A DNA stretch of 64,000 nucleotides from Styela clava (lineage: Eukaryota), in NCBI RefSeq assembly GCF_964204865.1, contig NC_135259.1:14508001-14572000 (forward strand), in the 5' to 3' direction. A program made the position numbers and the translations under genes. Below the pieces are notes generated by a model. The model saw only the letters and a list, made by a program, of their open reading frames with translations, did not search any database and was not told the DNA's origin. Below, piece by piece: positions 1 through 13,600 of the stretch (positions are counted from its first letter, which is position 1; each line of letters opens with the position of its first letter).

Positions 1-205
1 ACGATCCGGTATCCCATATTCTTGCCAAGGTACCTCCAGAAGTCATCCCGGCCTAGAACTGCAACCTCACCGCCACAGAGATGGAAAGGATCACTGTCCG
101 CAACCATCGTGACTCCCGACAGAACCAAGACAAGAACACGACATTTGGACATGCTCGAAGACGCCTTCGGAAGGAACAAAGCAACAAAGGAAAGGAAGGA
201 ACAAA
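1..205 (+). mobile_element. Possible 3' end of a degenerate RTE-like non-LTR retrotransposon
   Basis: GC-richer than its flank. It translates, with a frameshift, to DPVSHILAKVPP..SSRPR..PPQRWKGSL, resembling the RTE C-terminal 'P..IL...RPRGRPP.RWKD' pattern, and ends in an AAGG-rich tail. It is absent at the homologous site of the second duplicate, where homology begins at ~210 vs ~17810. Confidence 0.3.
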
Positions 206-596
206 TGAAATTACAATAATGTCAAAACAACAAAGGTTGGATGATCTATTCGAGATAAGCCTTTTCAAGTGTTCCTGGTATTACTCCATCACTAAATCAC
301 ACAAATTCACTCCATATTCCAAGTTTTGTGATGTCACTATTTATTACCCACACGAATGGGCCGTTTCGGCATTAATAGGAAAACGCCGATTTGCGTAAAC
401 TATTCACTATGGTATGCGATATCACTTGCTTAAAAGGATGTCACTCGCATACCGAGGAACCGTGAATTTTACCGGTTCAAAAAATTTAAAACTGACTGTA
501 TTCAGTTATGTTTTCATCAGGTTATTAATTCCTAACGCAGATATTTTCTGTTAGCAAGTTAAAAAATTAAATAGGGTCAATGGAATGAAGGAATTT

Positions 597-672
597 CCCA
601 TGTGTCATACTCGTTCAACTTGTCTCACTAACTCCACGTGTCCCACTTGCTCCACGTGTCCTACTTGTTCCA
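597..672. repeat. Short degenerate 18-bp tandem repeat (CTCCACGTGTCCCACTTG-like, ~4 copies)
   Basis: actccacgtgtcccacttg / ctccacgtgtcctacttg plus weaker flanking copies. Confidence 0.5.
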
Positions 673-1670
673 AGGTTGTGATAATTGTCGAATAGGTCAA
701 CTACACCTGATTAAATTGTTGTCAAGTATTGTAATTACTATTTATAAAAAATATTTCCTAATTCAAAGATTTAAATGGCGATACATGCATTAAGATATAC
801 CGATACCGCTTTTACCACCGATATCAAAAATCTGCTATGTCATAATGCCGGTATTCCGATAATATTTAGTTATCATCTGGATCGGGACAAGTTGGACACG
901 CCATTTTTGACACAGCCCAGAAAATACACTTAGACGCGCCTACCTAATGTACAGCAAAAGTAATTTTCCATTCGTCTGGCGGTCACAAACTTATTCGTTA
1001 TCCATTGACTATTTATTTTAAACACGTCATGCATTTCATCAGTAATGCTTTTCTGTGAATACACTTCCTCCAGTGACTTTAACATATACCTCATAAAATC
1101 CTACGACAAGAGGTATACGTTTATATTATTTTTAAATGTTTCTCACCATATGTAAACTTAGTTAAAGTATACAAAACGTTTTAACAGTTTTTATAAACAG
1201 ATGAGTAAGTTATCAATACATATTTTATTGAGAGAAAATATGGGCATATCTATATACATCCAGTGGAGGGATACAAGGGTTCGCGTTATCCTGTTTTTGG
1301 AATGTGGTGATAATCAGCGTACCTTTTACTTGTTTTGGGCGTTGGACTACCCAGCAAATGGGTCAAATGCATCCGCAGTTGACAACTATATCCAAAGAAA
1401 ATATATATTGAATTTATGTGAAGCATGTCATGTTAATGCGCATTCGTAGTGAGATACATATGCATTCTCTGAAATGAGACTTTAGTTAGTGGGTTCGATA
1501 CAAAAGAGAACACGTTATTAGAATTTTGAATCTAACCACTGGATAAATCCCATGACTAATATACAGAATCAAAACAATATCATATCGCTTTAGTATTGGA
1601 AGTGAAATTAAAAGAAAGCTCGTCTATGACTCTGAGAAATGTCTGCGTTTTCACGGGAAGGGCCGAGACA

Positions 1671-4600
1671 TCATAGGTTTGTGACTCTCATGTCTATCGT
1701 TCCAACTTTTGAATCTCTCGGAAGAGTGGAAGTCACTGGAAAAGAAAAAATAGGTTCGTTACTTAGCAGTACACTTAGATCAGCCTTATTAAAAATACAG
1801 CGACACGCACGACACGCAAAAAATAGGGACTGATTGGAAACGGTCAAACAAACGCCATAGGGAAGAATGGAGATGTAGATAACTAAATATAGTTAAAACT
1901 GTACAGAACGAACTTGTTGCGCTTTGAATTGTTATGTTGTTCCTTCCCAATGTTGATGAGTTGCCAGATTGTCCTGTTTGAGATTGATCTAGACATGAAG
2001 TCAAAGCATAATGTAGTTTTAATAGTATATATTTAACTTCCACTAATAGTGTAGGTAAGGGGAAAAGGATAACAAGAATGCGTTCTATCCGCGGATGTTC
2101 AAGTTCTTCTCGAATAAATTTTATAGCAAAAACGTTCCTTTGAGCGAGCAACATTTTATTCACCGCCAATACTATGTATGCAGTATAGAATGCATTACAC
2201 ATCTTTGAAAGCGAAGTAATTATCTCAATCATATTTATTCCTGCTACAGCATCCTTTTATTATTGTAAGCACCGAATAAAAGGATAGGGAGTTAAGCCAA
2301 CTCATAATTAGTTTAGTGTTACATGAATTATTTATTTCATTCAAAATATTTTTTTTTGAAAAGAGCATTATGAACCATTTATATATATATCCCTTCATCT
2401 CACCCTCTTTCTTAAGTAAGCTTCGATTCCTCAAGAATGGTATTTTACTCCAAATGGCTCCGACCCATTTCTCGCGAACGTCCTTTCGCCTCACGCAGAA
2501 AAGAAGAAATATAAAAAGACCCTGTGGAAATATGAAATATTTTAAACACTTCGGATGCAATAATACTGTATAATGTAACGAAAATAAGGTGACATCTCGC
2601 TGTACAGCTATTTTTTTAATCTGACCTTTGAATTACGATAAGAGACAAAGGAAGTGTATAAGAGCAAATGCATTAATAAAATAAATTTTCAAAAATATTA
2701 ACATTAACAAGATCGCGCATCGGTACCGTTATCACCTTAGTTTAAGCACGGTAATTAGCAGAAGAGATCGTCGGCAAGCACGTGGAATAAAATGTACTCA
2801 TACGTCCCAAAAAGTCTTCCTATTATTTAAAATGAAACATCAAAATCATGGGTGAAATAATCGGTGCTACAGCACTCAAAAATATTCGAATTAATATCGA
2901 ACGTAATGGCCTTCTAGATGCTTCATCCATCTTTATGAGCTGATTTAATTTGTGAACGGTCGGTACATTACTTGGTGCTATAAGAGATTTTTATTCACAA
3001 CGACAACAATTTAGCTAAACTGTATAATACGTAAATTAAAGAATTATTATCAACATATAGTTCATAATCAAACCTGAAATGCATTGAATATTGAAAATAG
3101 CGATCCAAACACCAGATTCACAGTCACGTCATCCGTTATTGTTAATGGTATTGCAAAAGCCCATGTCACTCCAAGTAGAACCGTTATCATGACAATACGG
3201 AATATATGGTCTCTAAGCTGAGTTTTTGTCACTTTTTGTCCAAGCTGGAAAAAGATTGAAATTACAACAGAAATGAACTCGTTAGACGGAATGGAATTTT
3301 GTATGATGTCATCGAGAAATATTCGTAACAAAAAGTGAACGCTATAAAAAGCAGATTGCAAGTTATGGCTATCACAGCTATCTGACATTACAGTCTCTTC
3401 GGAAACAATAAAAGGAAACAACACATGGAAGCTATAAAACCGGTTTTAAAAACAATGCTATACTTACATCAGGTGGGGAACGAGTAATCACTCTCAAAAC
3501 AGCAAAAAATCCAATCACATTGATACAGAAAATAATTCCAATTGGAAGTAGAAATCCAAAGTATAGTGAATACGAATGAAGCCAGCAGAGTCGATCGCTT
3601 ACGTAATGTGAGACAAAGCAAAGAGAATCTGAAAAAAAAATTTGAACATTTCATTTTAAAAAGGATTCAAAATCTAAGATGGCGAGATTATTATGGAGAG
3701 AAAGTCATAGTCATAGCCAATGTGCTTGAAACCAAAGAAAATAGAAAACTCGTCGTTGTAAATTAAAAATTCTTCTGATAGCGTGAAAAGTAAACAATTG
3801 ACGTATAAAATTGACTTTTGTGAAATGAATGTTACTATTCTCAGTGATTAAAGGATCATTCAGCATACTAACACCAATGTTTCAGATTAGCATATTCGAC
3901 TATAAAAGCGATTGTTGCATCCAATGGAACGGAAGAGCTTATTTTGAATATAAAAAATTTGCTTTGATTTTGTGAGCTGCCGGTAACAGAATGCGAGAAG
4001 TGATTAGAATAGTAATTGTGTAATTCTGTATATACCATACCAGTTGTAGGTGCTATGCTCCAATCAGTGTGTTGCATAGAGTCCCCAGTTGTATACGCAA
4101 CAATGAGTGTGACGCCGGTAATGAACAAAGACATCGAATATACAAAAACCGAGCATTTCAAGAGATATTTACTTCCGATTTCGGTGAATACAACAATGAG
4201 TTTTCTAAAATAAAAAAATAAAATAAGATTTTTAACTATTTCTCATGTGTTTTGTGATCATTGCGTAATACTTAACACGACGTTGCTTCGAGAAATATAT
4301 ATTGATCGCAGATTAAAAGCACGTCAGGACATAATCGTTGATAATCGGAACTTAAAATTGGGCATTGGTACCATGAATAGTAAAAGATTCCATTTTAAGA
4401 TTTACAAATCAGTATTGTTGCGAATAGGGAGTGATCCAGGTCATTTGAAACATGTTTTAGGGAGATAATAACTTCTGTGCAACGAATCCTAGATTAGTGA
4501 AACTTTGGGTACAATCATACTCAAACAGAAGTTCGAGTATTAACTATTTTTTTATTTCTGCAGAAGTTGAGAAAATTTATAAGTTTTTTTTTCCGGGGTC

Positions 4601-7600
4601 GCCCTGTGTTTTGATGACCCAAATTTCAGAATATTTACAATAAACTAATATTTAAATCATAACAATGTGTAAACTCTCACTTGTACATGGTGAAAAACTC
4701 GATCAACATCCATCCCCACGCGCTCAGGAATGAGAACTGTAGAATAAATCCAACAGCAATGCATGCTGAATAAGCTCTGGGTCGTTCCACTCCAGCAAGA
4801 AATGTAATGTATCCGATAAGCAAACAAATACTTAGATGCATGTGGATTTGATTCAATTTGTTTGTCCGGAGAGATCTGTTTAAATAAAAGTTTGAATATG
4901 TATAGAATCATTCGGCGCATTGGTCTTGTACAGTAGTTATTTCGTTAGACGGGGACTGGTTATTTGCCTTTTTTATGTTGTTTATTTATCTGTATGTCCT
5001 ATCGTTATGTGAATAAATATGCGCGGTCAGAGACATAGTTTCGACTGATATAATCACGAATAGGACAGATTTCAGTATTTTTGACTCCGAGCACCTCTGC
5101 CCACGTTACCCCGTTTTAACATGCCACCTGTTTATTGATGGTTGCCGTCTCGGTTGGACGCGTTTTCGTTATTCTGTATTTTTTCTGTTCTAATCAGTGC
5201 ATTTCTGCTGGGAAATGAAGGTATTTACATGCGCCATCAGACTATGAAATCTTTTGTGTGGCTTTGCAGAACATGAAATCTTCTACAGTTTTACAGTATT
5301 GGCGAGAACTCGTTTTCTTGACACCGCACAGCTGAAATACTTTGCAGTGGCAGGTAGCAAATCGCATGATCAATCATTATACGCTGGATCTAAGTAACTG
5401 GCAATGTAAAATCGGGACAACTTCAGTTCCTCCAAAGCACAGTAGCTCATTGATATGATACTCAAAAACAAATCTAGTCGTGTTTTATAAAATTTTGAAT
5501 GAAACTAGATTTAAGATTTGTTAGAGATAAGATAATGTGATACCTAGTTTAATTAAAATGAAAATCAGAATATTTATGACATTTCATGTTCTAAGATGAA
5601 CAGTTATTCGATTAAGTTACTTACTTGAAAGAAAGGTAAATAATCGAAAAAAACAGAAGTCCAAGTATTGAACAAATACATCCAATAGTTCCAACAACAT
5701 CTAATAATAAATTCTCTTGCACGTGTTGAGTTTGCTATAAAAAGACAATAATTTGATAATTCTATTCAAACAATTTGATAATTTCTATTTGATAATTTTT
5801 ATATGGGTTAACAATTCATACAGACCATGCATGACAGATATTTCCAATAAACGCTTCTATTTCAATAATATAGGCTTTATGTTAGAACTTTGTGACAGTG
5901 AAGTTGCACTGAGCCCACTCTCACAGAGATAGGTAATTGAGAAATAGTCTGTGGATTGGATCTGACGATCAGAGATTTCACGGCTTTTATCGGTGGTAAT
6001 TTCATCAAAACTAACCCGACTAAAATACTATAACTGTTCACGTGTGAGTGGAAGATTGACAAAGCATCGGGAACCAATATGTGGATTAGTTCCAGAAATC
6101 CGGTTAAGATACTTACAACCAAAACAGCAAAGTTAGTTGTGTGATTGCAATAACATGTCGTTGAAGTATTTGATTGATCAACATTAGTGACACAGCCGTC
6201 AAATTTCCAGGTTGAATCTGGGATACTGAAATATCCACATCTTTCCAGTTGAATCGTACATCCTCTGACCTGTATCAGATGACCAACATTATATAAAGAA
6301 AGTATCCGAAAATACTAAATGTCAATGTTACAGCCAATATCTGTTAGGCGTATTTCCATGCTCAGCTGAGATAATTTAAAAATAGAATTTTCTATGCCGC
6401 TAACAAAACATATATACTATCAAACAATGCATAAGAGGTAATCGCTAGCCTCTTTCGAAACAAGGCTATACACAATTATCTGCTGACTTCCAGTTTAGCA
6501 TTACCAATCCTATAATTTAAACACCACCCGGGTGATACTAGGTTAAAGCGCTCATTTACTCTGCTACGATATTTCTCGATAATTATTTGCAGTGCATACA
6601 TACCTCCTCAATTTGCACACTCACAACTGCTCGAGTAAAAGAATGTTGGATAGGATCTTTCAAATTTTGCAATGTGGTGTTTGATATTTGAACACTTACT
6701 ACCTAAAAAGATTGAATTTGAATAATATTTTTTCATATCAAGTTACCTATTATACAAACTAAAAACGAACAAAAAGAATTCATGTTATCGCGTGGGAATG
6801 CCAAGAGGAATTGCTCAATGACTGAGTGGAAATGATAGGCTCTCCAAATCTTTGTATGGAACACCTCGTGTCGTGATGATATCATTTATAAGTAATCGTG
6901 TATGGACCATGACCATTTCTGTTAGTTCCATGACGTCATAATTATTCAAGCGAATATAACGAATATTTCCGCTAGTCCGTGAGATGACGAAGCTTCTTTC
7001 CTAGTTATTCTTGGAATAGTTTCATATAAATAGAACAAGTTGTCGTTTGTCCACAACAACCCATCAATTCAACTGGACAATTTGATGACGAGAGATACCT
7101 AATTAAATAAAATACTCTAAAATACACCGTAACATTCCAACTAACTCACTTGACCAATTTGAACCGCAGAATCGTTTGGACTGGGAAACAAAACTCCTGT
7201 TTCGTGCAGGTAAAACAAGGCATTTGTCATATTTGAGATTGTTAAATCCGGGATTGCTGATGCAGGAATCGTTGATTGGACAGAGGGTGGCGTGGGTGAT
7301 CCAGATCCTGGCAGAACTTCAGTAATTGATCCGGAAAATTCAATAGCTCCCGGTAATGCCAGTGGCATATACGGGATTTTTTGTGCCTGTAAAAATTTGT
7401 TTGTGGAAAGTTTTGAGAAATCACTTTACACAATTTTGCTTAAAAAGTTAGTATTAGTGATATTGAATTATGGATCTATGAAGGAGTAGTTTCTTTTTTC
7501 ATTTATTCTAAATAACGCATTCTAAATAAATCTCATTTAACTAAAATGTCTCATACGTTGTCCATGTGGAAAAAGAAACATATATCGATTAATAGTATAT

Positions 7601-10600
7601 TCCAATATTAGCTGGACTATAGACAAAGCGATACTTTTCCTACATTTTCGTATGGTTTAACTACCTTAAACACGGACGACGGGCTCATCATTGTCAACTT
7701 ATCCTGCGTTAAAATCATATTTGATGAAAACATTTCTAAAGCTTCAATATACTGAAGTTTTTCTTGATCTGTTAGAACTGTGTCGTTACTACTTTTTAAG
7801 GCCGTATTCAAGTTGTCTGTCGTCCATACGAGATAGTTCATGGTTCTTTCCGTGATCTAAAAGTAATCAAATAATATCAATTGAAACAATATATTTTATG
7901 TACAAGATAGAAAAAGTTATTTTTCATTCTCATTTCTCGAAAGAAAATCGGGCCCACATTATTGTATACCAACTAGCAAATTGTTTATTAACCCTTATGG
8001 AGATTCCAAAGTCTGTATACTTGTGAAAGTGGAAGTCACGATCTTGGCTATAGCACTGAAATAGAATTCCTAGTAATTATTATATGAAACAATACACGGT
8101 CCGGATGTAGGGCATCACGTTGCACTTTCATCATTATGCCAATCACGCATTCCCATAAAACGCCAACTCGTCATCAAGCAAGAAATGAACAAAATGCGTA
8201 TTCTAAACACATGAACCAGGTAGGGGTAGTATATTGAAAGTGTATCATCGAAACTCTAACCATGTTTTTATAAAAATTGCAATGTATTTATCATTTCCTA
8301 TTAGTCAGTCATATACTGAGATTCATATTTTAGTGATCATATTTTGCCAAAATTAATATTAACATTCAGATATGACCGATATTACCGGTTTTCAGAAACT
8401 GCCATTGACTTTTCAAAAGTGCAGTGCTAGACGCATTTCGAAAACGTCCGTCGATTTCTTAAATTCACAACCGCTAATAATAACATTTATAAACTGTTCA
8501 CCAGTTGTTTAAAATGTCTTTTTTATTCACGGTCTGAAGGTTGGAGCGAGCGTCAATATTTTCTTTTATCCATATCTGAATATTAGCTTTCATAACTATC
8601 GATGCAAAATTTAAATTTCCGAAAATTTCCGTTGCAAATATATACTACTACTTCGTTTTGATTTTAGTGTCTATATAACTGAGCATTACCTTCTTGTTGT
8701 TTATAATGTAATCAGCATGTCTTCATTTAGAAATAATATTCGTATAAGTTTTTTAGTTGATTACCTGTATGTTACCCTGTTTTATTTGGTTATTCATCTC
8801 GTGGATTGCTTGAACAACATCTTTCACGTCCTTTGTAGTTTTCGACGAGAAATCAGTTGAAAGAACACTCACCACCGCCATGTTGGATTCAACATTTTCT
8901 GTTGTTGCAGTTTGGTTTTTGATCTGCAAGCATTTACCATAAATTTACTTTATTTGTTATAATTTCTCGTTTAGTATTAAACTATTTTAAAGCATGTTTT
9001 ATGTGATTTGATCGGATAATTATTGATTTTAATTAATTGATGATAATTATTGATTTGCAAAATGTCAGTGAAAATTAGTCTCACTTTATCTTTTATTGCC
9101 AAGATTATGAATATATTTCTATATATAACTCATATTACAAAATAATTCAAAATTTATTATAAAATTTTAAATTATGATCTGAAGTAAGTTTAAATAAGCT
9201 AAGAACCATATCATGGCATTCATTTAAAATTTCACCGAACTTTATATCAATACAAATAATTAATTGATTGTTGGATAGGCCTGATTAAACCTGACAACAA
9301 ATTTGTTGAACCTGATTTAACAAACTAGAAGGACTTTCTGCACACGATACTTCGCGAAGAGTTGCATATTCGTAAGAGGCAGTGGCAGTTCCATCAATGT
9401 TGGTTCTTGTATGACATTCTACTGTGGCAGTGTAACCGATAGCTGGAATATAATACAAGTTTAGTTTCATTTCGTATGAAATCCATAGCAGTCCAAACCT
9501 ACATATCCAATACTTTCAGACGCAAACTGAAAGAGCTATATAACACGGACGATAATAATGCCTATTTGACTTACTTTGAGTGTAACGCCTAATTTACAGC
9601 AACAACAAAACCCACACGATGAGCAAACTTTCTGAGCCGCAGCTATATATTTTTAGGCTTTGCCGCTATCTTTTCTGCATTCAGTATTAGTACAACAATA
9701 TGGCTTTTCATAACATCAGCCAATACTAGTCTTTATTTTATCAGAAACATGTACCGATCTTTAGTGAACTATGCATCGATGTTCAAGTGAGTGAAATTGA
9801 AAAAAAATATTTTATTCTGTACCTGAATTTTTGCAAGTTTCTCTAGATGACGCTAACGTGTTTGCGCCTGCTTGTCCGAACGTGTAAAACACGGATCCAT
9901 CGAAATATAAAACAGCAGATTGTAATTTTGCTTCATTACAAACGGCTGGTGCTGAAATACAAGAAAAATTGGATAGGAATTAACGAGATAGATCAAATAT
10001 ATATAAGGATACGAAGGCCAAAGCGAATTAGCATCAAAACTTTTAGAGTTTTTATGACGTTATCGCACACAAAACCGAATCCCAAAAAGAATGCAGGAGT
10101 TTTCAAAATAAATAAGAGTCTTTTACCGAAAAATACAATACAAAACAACCACTGAAAATTTCAAAGCAATTGATCCTTATTAAGACGAAGCGATTTTTCA
10201 TAATAAAAAAAATACTAACAAAGAAAAAAAACTGAATAAAAAAAAAGATCCATAATGACACTTCGTTTCCAATGAGACGTTTACCTAATACCCGATACCT
10301 TCCCCTAATGAAAATATGAACGCAATGATGAATAACGAGTATAATTAGAAGAAAAATTCAGGGGGAGAGGAGTGTAACCGGAGATGAAGTGCAAAATAGT
10401 TTTATTTTACACTGAAAATATATACCGGTATATTTATATAGAACACAGGAGGAGCATACTCACCAACTTCGGGAAAATCTACTTTCACGTTTGGCAGATT
10501 TCTTCCCCAGTAGTTGGATGTCAAGCTTTGATTATGCAAAGATTTAATTTCTTCTGGCGAGAACGCGGTTTCTTTTTCTGCAAAGATGTCAAACCAAGCT

Positions 10601-13600
10601 ATGACAGACCCGTTTGTGAACTTTGTGACTTTGACTAACATCCCTTCGATTCCTGCTTCGCCATAACTCTCGGATATATTTTGTGCAAATTCGTCTGACT
10701 TTCTTATAAATTCTAAAGAACTTGTATTTCCCAGTTGCTCTGTGAATGGCATTTCGAACCGCTGAGTCATGGAAGTAACAGCTATGAATATAATATAAGC
10801 TGTTAGCAAGGATATAATAGGAAAACGACAAAATTGCGGGATGATATTGTATGAAAATTTGAAGTAGGCCTACATTTTTTATTATAAAACACGATAAAAG
10901 GTTATATGCATGCTAAAATACGCAAACGGGAACAAAAGAAAATTACGTAAATATAATAGAGTACAATAAGTGAATTAAGCTGCAATTTTTTTTCCAAATT
11001 GAACTAATTCTTTAGTCATTATTGTCCATTATTTTTTCACGAGAGATTTAAATTAAAACAAATAAAACAATTTTATGCGTTTTTTCACGCATTTCAACTA
11101 GGCTCAATAAAAGCATTTACTAATATTAATATTTTACAACTCACGAAAACAGCCATTAGATTCGCCATTGCTAACGGCTTGAGCTAATCCTTCAGCACAG
11201 ATGCAGGTGTATGATCCAAGAGTGTTGAAGCAAACCTGTCCTGTCATAAAACATTGCTTTCTCAATGCGCATTCATTAATGTCGATGCACGTGGGATTTG
11301 TTCCGTTGGGATTCTTCTCATATCCTCCTGGACAACCTGTACAAAAAAGCAGATATTGAGATTGACAAATTTATTTTTGATCAAAATGTAAATAAGTAAT
11401 TTCAAGTGAAGAAGTGTAGAGAGATTCAGAAGATAACAATTTAATCTTCAAAAACGCGAAGTAAGTCACAAAATTAATGTAAATATATATACTGCTATAA
11501 TTCCATGCTTTGTAAATATGGCAGCATATTTAGTAAAATTGCTACAGGATGAACCAGAAATCATTCACGAGGGGAATACTGGAACGACCGCCGACGCACC
11601 AGGAGTTACAAATAACCGGTCTCATGTTTTTGGAGTAGGTTGGTAACGTGATATACATATACAGCCAAAAATATACATATAGCGCCAACTAAATATCTCT
11701 ATACAGCCAATGTCATATCCATATACAGTCAATTAATATACAAATACCACCATTTTGGTGATGTACATGCACCGCCGATGCCATATGTATATACAGCCAA
11801 GTAGATTACTCAATAAACACATAAAGACAGCAAGTCAGACACTTGTAGTAAATCCACTTCGAGCAATGGCATAAAATTGTTACCGCAAGAAATGGAAGCT
11901 TACTACAAAATAAAGTACATTGCTAAAAAATGTTAGGTTTAAAAGTACAATTTTATGGGTGAATAATAATATAAAGATACCTAAAGTAGACGATGTCATA
12001 GTAGTAGTCTTAGTAGTAGAGCCTTTGACAAAAACGTATTCATATATATTAGTTATTATCTTTGCCAAATATGGATTCGATTTTTTATAACTTTAAAACC
12101 AATTTAATGCTCAACAAAATCTACACAAAATAGTTTTTTGGAATTTTTCATTCAATAAACAGTAATATAAACACACCTAAAGGAGTGGAGGTCATAGTCG
12201 TAGTCTTAGTAGTAAAGCCTTTGAAAAAAATAAGGATTTCTTCATAATAGTTAATATTTTTGACCCATGTGTAGAATAAATTTCAAAGAAAAATTGGACA
12301 AATTCCGCATAAAAAAACGTTTTGAACTTTCATTAAAATTTCTAGGTTTGCACTGTAAAAAGAATTTTTTTAGAACACACTACTACTAAGCCTAATTGAT
12401 TCATTATCTAAATTATCATTCATTTTAGCTTTCAACTTTGTATTCAATGTTTGATATCTTAGAAACAACGATAGCATTACGAAACATTTTAGAAATGGGT
12501 CGTAGAACCTTGCTTGATAAAAATTGGACTTTAATTTTCGATTTTCGAAACTTATAATATGAACGCCCTTATGAACTTTCATAAAATTCAGGTATTTAGA
12601 AACTACATAGTAGTTATTAGCCTAGAATATCTTCCGCCCCGTAATGTAACAGCTACTTACCCAGTGTTGTCGAAGATAGTGTTGAAGTAGGAACTGCAAA
12701 AAAAAATGACAAATGGTGATCTGATCTCAGTTGAGTTTGATTTATCGCGCGATATATATTAAGTGAATATAGTATCGAACTGTTATAACAGCTTGAGACC
12801 TTAAATCGGTGTAAGTGACGTTGTAAGAGTGATTTAAACCTGTGTTTCTCAAAGTCCATAATAAGAATGTTTGGTGCTCCCGAAGTATGCGAACCAAGAT
12901 GGCGGACATCGGATCGTAACATGGGTAACAGGTTAGGGTTAGGCGATAATTTTTTTCCAATTTTCCTTAATTTAGTCCTATTATCAGTTCGAAGACTAGC
13001 CAAGAGCCTCCCGTAGTATTTATACCTAAAATTATGGCCTAACCCCTAACCTAGTACACATATTACGTTCCGATGTCCGCCATCTTGGTTCGCATACTTC
13101 GGGAGCCCCGAATTTTTTGGAATGGGCTTACGTTTTCACTGCAAATAGAGTAGGTTCGGTCCCAAGATAAAGGGTATGACTGAAATTGATTATAGGTTAG
13201 AAAATTCAACCTGATAAGCTAATGAATAGACACAACGAATGACCGGGCCACGACAAAATGAAGGTTGAGATTGATAACCACCAATTTAAACGATATATCA
13301 GTATATCATGCCGCGATCAATTCCAATTATACATGGCAAATTATACATTGAGATAATCGAATTCCAAGACAAATTTTCCATGTTGGGAAAACAGTTAGGG
13401 ATACACGGATCCCAAATTTGGGTAAAATGTAGATTTGAACTTAAAGTAAAACAACTCAAAGATCAAGAAAATTAAGGTAGACTCCATTTGTATAAATGTA
13501 AATAAAAATCAAACGATTTATATATTTTTAGGTAAAAATTACTGCATTTAATTAAAAAGCATGCTATGCGATCTTTGCTGCTAACCTGTTGTCGTTATCG

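Noticed and set aside
1789-2232. 147-aa ORF as a standalone gene or read-through C-terminus
   Set aside because: Only 1988-1914 is conserved in frame in copy B, which hits a stop shortly after the donor; the rest is intron.
8020-8056. Possible extra micro-exon in the GAIN region
   Set aside because: Length is not conserved in copy B, and the flanking exons already join in phase.
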